A stretch of 24,000 nt of DNA, from contig VIAD01000007.1 in NCBI GenBank assembly GCA_006546595.1, positions 146,853-170,852 of the forward strand, given 5' to 3'. Source of the stretch: Moraxellaceae bacterium AER2_44_116 (GTDB lineage: Bacteria; Pseudomonadota; Gammaproteobacteria; Pseudomonadales; Moraxellaceae). Numbering within the stretch: the stretch's first letter is position 1; each line of letters begins with the position of its first letter. Positions 1 to 7,619 of the stretch are shown piece by piece. Below the pieces are notes generated by a model. That model was not told where the DNA came from, ran no database searches, and saw nothing but the letters and a program-made list of their open reading frames with translations. The translations under genes and the position numbers were made by a program.

Positions 1-442
1 ACACAATCGGCATCATACGTTTTTCAGGAGGGAACAGCATGAACAACGCGGCCATCGTCGTTGGAATCATCCCGCCGCCCAAAAAGCCTTGAATCGTTCT
101 AAACACTAATAACGACGGTAAACTCCATGCAAAGGCACAGGCCAAACTGGCCAACGCAAATCCTGTTGCACTAATGACAAAATAAATGCGCGTTGACATC
201 ATGCGCGATAAATAACTCGATAACGGAATCGCAATCACTTCGGCAATTAAATAACTGGTTTGTACCCATGCTATTTCGCTCGAACTGGCACTCATGCCCG
301 CTTGTAATTCATTTAACGAACTGGCAACGATTTGAATGTCTAAAATCGCCATAAAATTGCCAAAAATCAACGCACAAAAGGCAATCCATGCCCTTTTATA
401 CGCGGCTTTTTGCTCGGGGGTTTCAGCCGAAGTCGTGGTCAT
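1..442 (-). CDS. DHA2-family MFS efflux permease (EmrB/FarB-like), N-terminal part; gene continues beyond window start
   Basis: Reverse-strand reading from ATG 442..440 gives MTTTSAETPEQKAAYKRAWIAFCALIFGNFMAILDIQIVASSLNELQAGMSASSSEIAWVQTSYLIAEVIAIPLS...FRTIQGFLGGGMIP. This is the typical first TM helices of EmrB-type pumps. The ATG overlaps the stop of the upstream adaptor gene (ATGA at 439..442). It is absent from the ORF track because there is no stop in the window. Confidence 0.8.
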   Translation of the reverse strand, partial: MTTTSAETPEQKAAYKRAWIAFCALIFGNFMAILDIQIVASSLNELQAGMSASSSEIAWVQTSYLIAEVIAIPLSSYLSRMMSTRIYFVISATGFALASLACAFAWSLPSLLVFRTIQGFLGGGMIPTTMAALFMLFPPEKRMMPIV

Positions 443-1467
443 TTGAGACTTACCGTCACTTCAGCCGACATTCCCGGCCTTAATACCAACAATTCATTGC
501 CGCTATCTAGTAACACTTTTACCGATAAACGCTGGACAATTTTATTAAAATTACCTGTGGCATTGTCAGGCGGCAACAACGCAAACTCAGCACCCGAGGC
601 AGGCGACACACTTTGAATATGACCCAGAAAATGTTGTTTAGGATAGGCATCGACTTTAATTTCGGCACGTTGACCGACTTGCATTTGGGTTAATTGCGTT
701 TCTTTAAAGTTAGCTTCAACAAAGACATTCGCTAACGGCACAATGGCTAACAAACGACTACCACCAACGACACGACTGCCCAAACGGGCGGCAAAATTGC
801 CAATTACTCCATCAATCGGCGCACGCACTTCGGTGGCCGCCAAATCTAATTCAGCGAGTTTTAGTGTGGCTTTTGCCGCTGCTATTTCCGCTAAGGCTTG
901 TTCACGCCCCGACCCCACACTTTTCTTTTGCGCTTGCGCGGCAGCAATACTGGCCGCAGCACGTTGACTGTTGGCGACGGCTGATTGATAAGCAGCAACC
1001 GCACTTTCTAAACGCTGTTTCGTCGCCACACCTTCCGCGACTAAGGCTTTGGCACGTTGCCATTCTTGTTGCAATCTTAACTCTTCCGCTTTAGCGGCTT
1101 GGAGATTGGCTTGGGCTTCATTAATTAATTCGCCTTGGGTATTTTCTTGTTGGCCGTTGGTGGTTAACGCCGCCTCACGCATGGCAACTATCGCTTTAGC
1201 ATTTGCTACTTTCGCTTGATAATCGGCATCTTCAATTTTTAGCAGTAAATCGCCTGTTTTAACGGCTTGATTGTTTTTGACTAACAAATGCACAATCTCA
1301 CCGCCGACACGCGGCGTAATAAATGTGGTGTCAGCTCGAATATAAGCGTTATCGGTGGTCTCATGAAAACGGCCATAACTATACCAACGTATGCCCAAAC
1401 CAATCGCAGCAATGACTAACAAGCCAATAATAATAAACGGTAACTTTTGCGATGATGCGTTACTCAT
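439..1467 (-). CDS. HlyD/EmrA-family membrane fusion (periplasmic adaptor) protein
   Basis: 342 aa with a single N-terminal TM helix (FIIIGLLVIAAIGLGI). Carries the TDNAYIRADTTFITPRVGGEIV...VKTGDLLLKIEDADYQ lipoyl-like motif and a long Ala/Gln-rich coiled coil. Translationally coupled to the MFS pump gene. Confidence 0.85.
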   Translation of the reverse strand: MSNASSQKLPFIIIGLLVIAAIGLGIRWYSYGRFHETTDNAYIRADTTFITPRVGGEIVHLLVKNNQAVKTGDLLLKIEDADYQAKVANAKAIVAMREAALTTNGQQENTQGELINEAQANLQAAKAEELRLQQEWQRAKALVAEGVATKQRLESAVAAYQSAVANSQRAAASIAAAQAQKKSVGSGREQALAEIAAAKATLKLAELDLAATEVRAPIDGVIGNFAARLGSRVVGGSRLLAIVPLANVFVEANFKETQLTQMQVGQRAEIKVDAYPKQHFLGHIQSVSPASGAEFALLPPDNATGNFNKIVQRLSVKVLLDSGNELLVLRPGMSAEVTVSLK

Positions 1468-1522
1468 AAGTCGGGACTCAAAGGTGAATAGTTGGCTTGT
1501 ATTTTATGATGCTGGCTGATAA

Positions 1523-1538
1523 TGTACTGAACAGTACA
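1523..1538. promoter_or_regulatory. candidate TetR operator in the efflux divergent region
   Basis: Perfect palindrome TGTACTG-AA-CAGTACA, 18 nt upstream of the tetR ATG, inside the 88-bp divergent intergenic region. Confidence 0.4.
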
Positions 1539-1555
1539 GTTCAATTCAAGTTATT

Positions 1556-2197
1556 ATGATGAAAAAAATAAAACTCAGTTTTTCCTGCTGTCCCGCCACT
1601 CCCCGCGGTGAATTACGCCGAGATGCCTTGTTAGACGCAGCACGACAGATTTTTTTAGAAAAGGGCTATTCTGGCACGAGCATTGATGAAGTTGTCCAAC
1701 GAACAGGCGGCTCTAAAGCCAGTGTTTATAAATACTTTGGCAGTAAAGAAGGCTTATTTGCCGAGATGTTTGGCACACATTGTCAGGTTTTTTTAGCGAC
1801 ATTACAGATTCCTAATGAACTCAGCGATAATCTCGAACAAACATTGACCCAATTTGCGGAACGCGTCTTAGTAGCCTTTGTTGACCCTGAACGCATTGCC
1901 ATGATTCGCGCATTAGTTGCCGAAGCGGCACGGTTTCCTGATTTGGCTGAAATGGCCTACAACACAGGGCCTAAATATGGCTTAGGCTTATTGGCTGATT
2001 TTCTACAACGCCACCATCAAGCGGGCGTGATCAACTGCCCTCACCCTGACATTGCCGCTATTCAATTTATGGAGATGATAAAAGGTCATGTTCAATGGCG
2101 TGCGTTATTAGGCTTACCTGCCTTTCCTGACCATCTCAATCGTGAAAATTATATTAAAGAAGCAATACGGGTCTTTTTACGAGGCTATCAGGTATGA
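1556..2197 (+). CDS. TetR/AcrR-family transcriptional regulator
   Basis: 213 aa. N-terminal HTH LLDAARQIFLEKGYSGTSIDEVVQRTGGSKASVYKYFGSKEGLF. Divergent from the efflux operon. Its stop overlaps the tolC-like start (ATGA at 2194..2197). Confidence 0.85.
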   Translation: MMKKIKLSFSCCPATPRGELRRDALLDAARQIFLEKGYSGTSIDEVVQRTGGSKASVYKYFGSKEGLFAEMFGTHCQVFLATLQIPNELSDNLEQTLTQFAERVLVAFVDPERIAMIRALVAEAARFPDLAEMAYNTGPKYGLGLLADFLQRHHQAGVINCPHPDIAAIQFMEMIKGHVQWRALLGLPAFPDHLNRENYIKEAIRVFLRGYQV

Positions 2198-3450
2198 GAA
2201 AGCTGTTGTTGAGTCTGATGTGTTTGCCACTATTGGCACAAGCACAAAACTTACCCGAAACCGTTAAATTAGCTCTCGCTTATCATCCACAGCTTCAAGC
2301 CGCCGAACAAAACATCGTCGCAAAACAAGCGTCTGTCAGCCTCAGTGAAAGCGCATTAAAGCCGCAATTATGGCTATCAGGTGAAATAGGTCGTTCGAGC
2401 TTAGAAACGACCGCACCTTTTCCTGAGTCGGGTGGGCGTTGGCCAAATACGATTAACTTGTTACTGAGTCAGCCGCTTTATACCTCAGGTGCGCTCAATA
2501 CGGCGGTTGATATTGCCAAACTCAATGTTTCCGTCAGTGAGCAACATCGGGAAGCACTACGCGTCAATATCGCCATTCAAGCGATTGCCGCATATGCCGC
2601 AATTGTTCGTGACCAATCTTTATTAGCGTTATATCAACAATCCCTTAAAACGCTACAACAAGCGAAAACGGATGCCGATAAACGCTTTAAAGCAGGCGAA
2701 GTCACTAAAACGGATACGGCACAAGCGGCGGCACGTTTAGCCGAAGGCGAAGCTCAAATTACCCAAGCACAAGCCAACATTGCGGTAAGTGAAGCACAGT
2801 TTTTTCGCGTGACAGGCGCAACAGCACACAATGTCAACTCAGATTTACCTGTATTAGCCATTCCTGCGGACTTAAATGCTGCGCTAGAAAAGTCCTTGCA
2901 ATCTCCTTCTATTAAAGCCGCGCAAGAAGAAACATTAGCCGCACAAAAAACCATTCATTTAGCCGAAGCCGAAAACAAAGTACGCGTGACTGCCGAAGCC
3001 CGCGCAACCACTCAAGATAATACTGACTTTGGCTATGACCGCATGAATGGTTGGGGTGTTTATATCAAAGCACAAGTCCCTCTGTACGAAGGTGGCCGCA
3101 GTGTTGCTAAAGTGAGCGAGGCCAGCGCGTACACCAGTGCCGCACAACGGAACACCGACAATATTACCGCCGACGTTAAACAGCAAATGACGACCGCGTG
3201 GCAACATTGGCAAGCTGCAAGTGCCCGTGTTCCTGCTTATCAAGCACAAGTAAAGGCCGCAGAATTGGCCTTAGACAGCACGCGTAAAGAGCTAAACGTC
3301 GGCACTCGCACGACGCTAGACTTATTAAATGCCGAACGCGAACTGTTATCGGCTAAAATTAATCTATTATTCAGTGAGCAAGATAAAAGCCTCGCCTCTT
3401 ACCAGATTTTAGCGGTGATTGGCGATTTGTCGGTATTAACCCACGAGTAA
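2194..3450 (+). CDS. TolC-family outer membrane efflux channel
   Basis: 418 aa. Signal peptide MRKLLLSLMCLPLLAQAQ. Two OEP-like repeats with Ala/Gln-rich helices. The C-terminal motif GTRTTLDLLNAERELLSAK is typical of TolC. Confidence 0.85.
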   Translation: MRKLLLSLMCLPLLAQAQNLPETVKLALAYHPQLQAAEQNIVAKQASVSLSESALKPQLWLSGEIGRSSLETTAPFPESGGRWPNTINLLLSQPLYTSGALNTAVDIAKLNVSVSEQHREALRVNIAIQAIAAYAAIVRDQSLLALYQQSLKTLQQAKTDADKRFKAGEVTKTDTAQAAARLAEGEAQITQAQANIAVSEAQFFRVTGATAHNVNSDLPVLAIPADLNAALEKSLQSPSIKAAQEETLAAQKTIHLAEAENKVRVTAEARATTQDNTDFGYDRMNGWGVYIKAQVPLYEGGRSVAKVSEASAYTSAAQRNTDNITADVKQQMTTAWQHWQAASARVPAYQAQVKAAELALDSTRKELNVGTRTTLDLLNAERELLSAKINLLFSEQDKSLASYQILAVIGDLSVLTHE

Positions 3451-3456
3451 ACCATC

Positions 3457-3921
3457 ATGAGCCATCAGGGTACGTTATCGGAAGAAGATTTTAAGGTAGA
3501 AGGTCATTGCTGCGCAGTGACTTTTCCTGCCATTAAAACAATGGAAAATGGTATTGATTTTCAAGCAGATGAAGCCGTAAAGGCTTATATGGCGGAGCAT
3601 TATAAAATGACATTAACGACATCAAATACAAAGAAAACTGATAATGAAGCGCTGACCATTATTAAAGATAAAGAAAATGGACATACTCTTGGGGCTCTTC
3701 AATCGCAACTTCGCCTTCATGACTTGGCGGGAAATTACAGTGAGGCTATCAATTTATGCCATCAAATATTAGAAGTCGATGGCTATTTCAATGGTTCTTT
3801 TCATTTTTCACACTCTGTTTATCTAGATAGAATTGCCACATATTACAAACTATCTGGAAATGAACTACTAGCAAACAGTTATAATAAACAAGCTTATGAA
3901 ATGAGAATGGCGTGTCGGTAA
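3457..3921 (+). CDS. hypothetical protein, possible single TPR-like helical repeat at C-terminus
   Basis: 154 aa ORF that starts 6 nt after the tolC-like stop. It looks more AT-rich than its neighbours. AGNYSEAINLCHQILEVDGYF and IATYYKLSGNELLANSYNKQAYEM resemble TPR helices. I recognise no other motif. Confidence 0.45.
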   Translation: MSHQGTLSEEDFKVEGHCCAVTFPAIKTMENGIDFQADEAVKAYMAEHYKMTLTTSNTKKTDNEALTIIKDKENGHTLGALQSQLRLHDLAGNYSEAINLCHQILEVDGYFNGSFHFSHSVYLDRIATYYKLSGNELLANSYNKQAYEMRMACR

Positions 3922-3965
3922 ATACAGGACATATACACGTAGTAGCCATAACCCGACCTACGCAG

Positions 3966-4214
3966 CTAATCACTTACCCGTACCATGCTAATCGCATCAA
4001 AGGGACACACCGCATAACACTTAGCACAGCCTGTACAATCATCCGCATTATGCAACACCGCACTCTTCTTGCCCCAGCCATTTGGCCGTTCTGCTTCCAA
4101 CCACAGCACATGCGGTGGGCAAACTGCAACACAACGACCACAGCCAGTGCAGTCGTCTGTATTGATTAGAGGAAGCGCCAACGGTATTTTTCCTAGCATT
4201 AAGGCACACCCCAA
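3966..4214 (-). CDS. 2x[4Fe-4S] dicluster ferredoxin
   Basis: 82 aa with two canonical CxxCxxCxxxCP motifs (CTGCGRCVAVCP and CTGCAKCYAVCP). Starts 2 nt after the TetR stop, so it is probably co-transcribed. The start could be the internal Met (MLGKIPL). Confidence 0.8.
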   Translation of the reverse strand: MGCALMLGKIPLALPLINTDDCTGCGRCVAVCPPHVLWLEAERPNGWGKKSAVLHNADDCTGCAKCYAVCPFDAISMVRVSD

Positions 4215-4216
4215 AG

Positions 4217-4927
4217 CTACGGTTTAGCCAAATAATCCGCCATCGCCGCAAAGAGCACAAAACAGCTTTCTAATACTTCATCAAACGGTTGGGCAAAACC
4301 ACTATGTACCCAGCGCATGACTATATGGACATTTGCGCCATTTAAGCCTGCGGTGAGCAAATCCACATTCAAGCCTGTTTCGGCAAATCGGGGAAACATC
4401 ACTTGGCCAAATTGCTGTAACAGCGTATCAAAACTACTCATGGTGTCGCGAATCAATACTGCATTTTCAAAACGTACATGCGGCACATCAATAAATAAAA
4501 TACGGGCAATACGAGGATCATTCGACACGTAACGTAAAAACACCGTGAGTCCCAGCCGAATCAAATGTTTTGGCTCTTTGTTTTCTTCCGCTAATATCGT
4601 ACTAATAATGACCTGCTGCATGCCCTTAATCAGTCGCTGATATATCGCCACTAATAATTCTTCGTGATTTTTAAACGACTCATAAAAATAGCGTTCGGTG
4701 AGTTTAGCTTCGGCACAAATTTCACGCACCGTCACGCGATAAAAACCGTGCGTACCAAAACATTGTAAGCCCGCTTCTATTAACTTTTCGTAACGCTCAG
4801 CTTGCCGTTGTTCGGCGCTCACTCCACGAAAACTACGGCGTTTTTTATCTGACAGCTCTTTGTCATCGGTCAATGGTTCAGTCATTTTGAAAAATAACTC
4901 ACTAATTTCGATTTCAGATGTTGACAT
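4217..4927 (-). CDS. TetR/AcrR-family transcriptional regulator
   Basis: 236 aa. HTH LIEAGLQCFGTHGFYRVTVREICAEAKLTERYFYESFKNHEEL. Divergent from the monooxygenase gene. Confidence 0.85.
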   Translation of the reverse strand: MSTSEIEISELFFKMTEPLTDDKELSDKKRRSFRGVSAEQRQAERYEKLIEAGLQCFGTHGFYRVTVREICAEAKLTERYFYESFKNHEELLVAIYQRLIKGMQQVIISTILAEENKEPKHLIRLGLTVFLRYVSNDPRIARILFIDVPHVRFENAVLIRDTMSSFDTLLQQFGQVMFPRFAETGLNVDLLTAGLNGANVHIVMRWVHSGFAQPFDEVLESCFVLFAAMADYLAKP

Positions 4928-4931
4928 CGCT

Positions 4932-4957
4932 TGTTGTCAATTATAAAGTTGACAACA
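4932..4957. promoter_or_regulatory. candidate TetR operator (autoregulation / monooxygenase control)
   Basis: Perfect 9-bp arms TGTTGTCAA-N8-TTGACAACA, starting 5 nt upstream of the TetR start codon (4927). Confidence 0.4.
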
Positions 4958-4967
4958 CACAATGTCC

Positions 4968-5065
4968 ACAACTTACGCATTGCTTGGCAATGATTGTGTT
5001 TTGGGAACAGTAAATGACCAACAGGCATTTACTGTGAGCAAATAAACAATCACCGCGTAGGTTAT
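4968..5065 (+). repeat. 98-nt diverged copy C of the three-stem element, in the tetR/monooxygenase divergent control region
   Basis: Shares with copies A and B: ACTTACGCAT, a hairpin in the 13-nt slot (ATTGC-TTG-GCAAT), GTGTTTTGGGA, a hairpin (ACAGTAAATG-N9-CATTTACTGT), and TGTGAGCAAATAAACAATCACCGCGTAGGTTAT. Confidence 0.65.
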
Positions 5066-5089
5066 AACAACCTAGTTGGTATTAAGTAA

Positions 5090-6556
5090 ATGACAACGAT
5101 TAGTCCTGATTATCAAGTTATTGTCGTCGGCACAGGTTTTTCTGGCCTCGGAATGGGTATTGCCTTGAAAAAAGCAGGCATCAACTCCTTTGCCATTTTA
5201 GAAAAAGCCGATGATGTTGGCGGCACATGGCGCGACAACCATTACCCTGGTTGTGCTTGTGACGTGCAATCACACCTATATTCTTTCTCGTTTGAGCCTA
5301 ATCCAAACTGGACACGGATGTATGCGCCTCAGCCAGAAATCAAAAAATACTTGCAACACTGTGCGCGTAAATACGGTTTAATGCCACAAATTCAGTTTGG
5401 CCAAGAAGTCAAAAAAGCTATTTATGACGAACAAAATAAACTTTGGCGTTTAGAAACAGCCGCAGGTAAAACGATTACCTCGCGTATGGTCGTTTCAGGC
5501 ATGGGCGGTTTAAGTACCGCTGCTTACCCTAATATCAAAGGCTTAAATACCTTTAAAGGCAAAACCTTCCACTCACAGGATTGGGATCACGATTACCCAT
5601 TAACAGGTAAACGTGTTGCCGTGATTGGTACAGGCGCAAGTGCAATTCAATTTGTGCCGCAAATCGTGCCACAAGTCGCGCATTTAGACTTATACCAACG
5701 CACACCACCGTGGATTATGCCGAAGCCTGACCGTGAAATTACTTCAGCCGAACGCACTTTGTTTAAATATGTGCCCAAAAGCCAAGAGGCAATTCGCAAC
5801 GCCATTTACTTGCAATTAGAAAGTCGTGTTTTAGGTTTTGTACTCAATCCACGCGTCATGAAATTACCTGAACTCCAAGCACGTCGTCATATTCGCCAAG
5901 CGATTAAAGACCCTGTTTTACGGAAAAAAGTGACACCCGATTACGCTTTTGGTTGTAAGCGAGTGTTGATTTCTAATGATTATTTACCTTCTTTAGCCAA
6001 ACCGAATGTTGATGTCATTAGTCATGGCATTAAAGAAGTACGAGCGAATAGCATCGTCACCGATGACGGCCAAGAACGCATCGTCGATGCCATTATTTAT
6101 GGCACAGGCTTTAAAGCGCAAGACCCTATTCCGCGTGGCGCAGTGTTTGGCAAAAAAGGCGTTGATTTAATTGATACATGGCAACAAGGCGCACAGGCCT
6201 ATTTAGGCAGTGCGGTGAATGGTTTCCCTAACTTCTTTATGTTGATGGGGCCAAACACAGGCTTAGGTCATAGCTCGATGGTGTTTATGATTGAGTCACA
6301 AATTGCCTATGTCATGGACTGCTTAAAACAAATGCAAAAAAATGGCTGGAAAGAAGTCGATGTTCGTGCTGAAGCACAACAAAGCTTTAATACCGACTTG
6401 CAAGAAAAGCTAGGCAACTCGGTGTGGAGTACGGGCTGTAAGAGTTGGTACGTCAATGCGGATGGCAAAAACACGACGTTATGGCCGGGCTTTACCTTCG
6501 ACTTCCGTCGTCAAACTGCCAATTTTGACGCTAAAAACTATGCGGTTGAGCAGTAA
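5090..6556 (+). CDS. Type I Baeyer-Villiger / flavin-containing monooxygenase (FAD, NADPH)
   Basis: 488 aa. First Rossmann motif VVGTGFSGLG. BVMO fingerprint FxGxxxHxxxW[PD] is present as FKGKTFHSQDWD. Second Rossmann motif VIGTGASAIQ. Also carries the YPGCACDVQSHLYSFSF motif. Confidence 0.85.
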   Translation: MTTISPDYQVIVVGTGFSGLGMGIALKKAGINSFAILEKADDVGGTWRDNHYPGCACDVQSHLYSFSFEPNPNWTRMYAPQPEIKKYLQHCARKYGLMPQIQFGQEVKKAIYDEQNKLWRLETAAGKTITSRMVVSGMGGLSTAAYPNIKGLNTFKGKTFHSQDWDHDYPLTGKRVAVIGTGASAIQFVPQIVPQVAHLDLYQRTPPWIMPKPDREITSAERTLFKYVPKSQEAIRNAIYLQLESRVLGFVLNPRVMKLPELQARRHIRQAIKDPVLRKKVTPDYAFGCKRVLISNDYLPSLAKPNVDVISHGIKEVRANSIVTDDGQERIVDAIIYGTGFKAQDPIPRGAVFGKKGVDLIDTWQQGAQAYLGSAVNGFPNFFMLMGPNTGLGHSSMVFMIESQIAYVMDCLKQMQKNGWKEVDVRAEAQQSFNTDLQEKLGNSVWSTGCKSWYVNADGKNTTLWPGFTFDFRRQTANFDAKNYAVEQ

Positions 6557-6572
6557 AAATCCATCACCCCAA

Positions 6573-6593
6573 CCCTCTCCCAATCGGAGAGGG
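6573..6593. repeat. GC-rich hairpin (8-bp stem) between monooxygenase and SDR genes
   Basis: CCCTCTCC-CAATC-GGAGAGGG. No U-tract follows, so it is REP-like or an mRNA-stabilising hairpin rather than a canonical terminator. Confidence 0.5.
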
Positions 6594-6630
6594 AATAACA
6601 CTCACCATTTTCAGATTTAGGAAAACACTC

Positions 6631-7461
6631 ATGAAATTATTTGCTAACAAAGTCGCGGCGATTACAGGTGCAGGTTCAGGTATTGGTCGGGCGTTGGCTC
6701 TCAATTTAGCCCAACAAGGCTGTCATTTAGCGTTAAGCGATGTCAACGAACAAGGCTTAGCGGAAACAGTTAAACAGGCTCAGTCTTTTGGTGTCAAAGT
6801 CACTAGCCAAAAATTAGATGTTGCCAATAAAGACGGTGTTCATGCGTGGGCAGATAGCGTGGTTCGAGACCACGGCAAAGTAAATCTTATCTTCAATAAT
6901 GCGGGCGTTGCTTTGGGTAGTACCGTCGAAGGCATGAGCTACGACGAATTAGCATGGGTGATGAATATTAACTTTTGGGGCGTTGTTTACGGCACGAAAG
7001 CCTTTTTACCGTACCTAAAAGCATCAGGCGATGGCCATATTGTTAATGTATCGAGTGTATTTGGCCTTTGCGCACAACCGACACAAAGCGCGTACAACGC
7101 CAGTAAATTTGCGGTGCGTGGTTTTACCGAAGCCTTGCGTCAAGAATTAGATTTAGAAAAAGCCCCTGTCAGCGTGACCTGTGTTCACCCCGGTGGTATT
7201 AAAACCAATATTGCCAAAGCAGCAAAGATGAATGACAGCATCAGAAGCGTTGGTTTAGACCCGTCAACCAGCACTAAAAATTTCGAGAAAATGTTCCGCA
7301 CCACACCCGCAGAGGCGGCTAACGTTATTTTGAATGCCGTACAAAAAGACTCTCGCCGCGTGTTAATTGGTGGTGATGCCTATGTCATTGATGCGATGCA
7401 ACGTTTGTTGCCAACGAGCTATCAAAGACTGGTAACAATGGGTACACGGTTTATGAAGTAA
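6631..7461 (+). CDS. classical short-chain dehydrogenase/reductase (SDR)
   Basis: 276 aa. Carries TGAGSGIGRA (TGxxxGxG), NNAG, and the catalytic S...YNASK motif. Confidence 0.9.
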   Translation: MKLFANKVAAITGAGSGIGRALALNLAQQGCHLALSDVNEQGLAETVKQAQSFGVKVTSQKLDVANKDGVHAWADSVVRDHGKVNLIFNNAGVALGSTVEGMSYDELAWVMNINFWGVVYGTKAFLPYLKASGDGHIVNVSSVFGLCAQPTQSAYNASKFAVRGFTEALRQELDLEKAPVSVTCVHPGGIKTNIAKAAKMNDSIRSVGLDPSTSTKNFEKMFRTTPAEAANVILNAVQKDSRRVLIGGDAYVIDAMQRLLPTSYQRLVTMGTRFMK

Positions 7462-7473
7462 CTGTCGTCAAGC

Positions 7474-7496
7474 AGGGTGGATTAATAACCCACCCT
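7474..7496. repeat. hairpin (7-bp stem, 9-nt loop) just after the SDR stop
   Basis: AGGGTGG-ATTAATAAC-CCACCCT. No U-tract follows. Confidence 0.45.
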
Positions 7497-7501
7497 ACAA
7501 C

Positions 7502-7619
7502 TAAGTACATCAACAAAAGTTTATTTGTATTTTCCGTTCGCACTGAGCTTGTCGAAGTGTTTGCTGCCAATGGTTCGACAAGCTCACCATGAGCGGTGAA
7601 ACTTTTGTGTAGGTACTTA
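7502..7619. repeat. nested palindromic element (outer and inner inverted repeats) between convergent SDR and ferredoxin-reductase genes
   Basis: Outer inverted repeat: TAAGTACATCAACAAAAGTTT (7502..7522) with AAACTTTTGTGTAGGTACTTA (7599..7619). Inner inverted repeat: CCGTTCGCACTGAGCTTGTCGAA (7534..7556) with TTCGACAAGCTCACCATGAGCGG (7574..7596). Confidence 0.75.

Noticed and set aside
5007-5035. A perfect 10-bp inverted repeat (ACAGTAAATG-N9-CATTTACTGT), first read as a TetR operator for the monooxygenase promoter.
   Set aside because: It occupies the hairpin-2 slot of the diverged three-stem element (copy C). It is therefore better explained as part of that repeat. A secondary role as a protein-binding site cannot be excluded.
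5090-6556. Calling the flavin monooxygenase AlmA, the long-chain alkane hydroxylase.
   Set aside because: The N-terminal region reads GGTWRDNHYPGCACDVQSHLYSFSF. The AlmA sequences I recall have a GGTWDLFRYPGIRSDS-type motif there. The generic BVMO/FMO call is all the sequence supports without a search.
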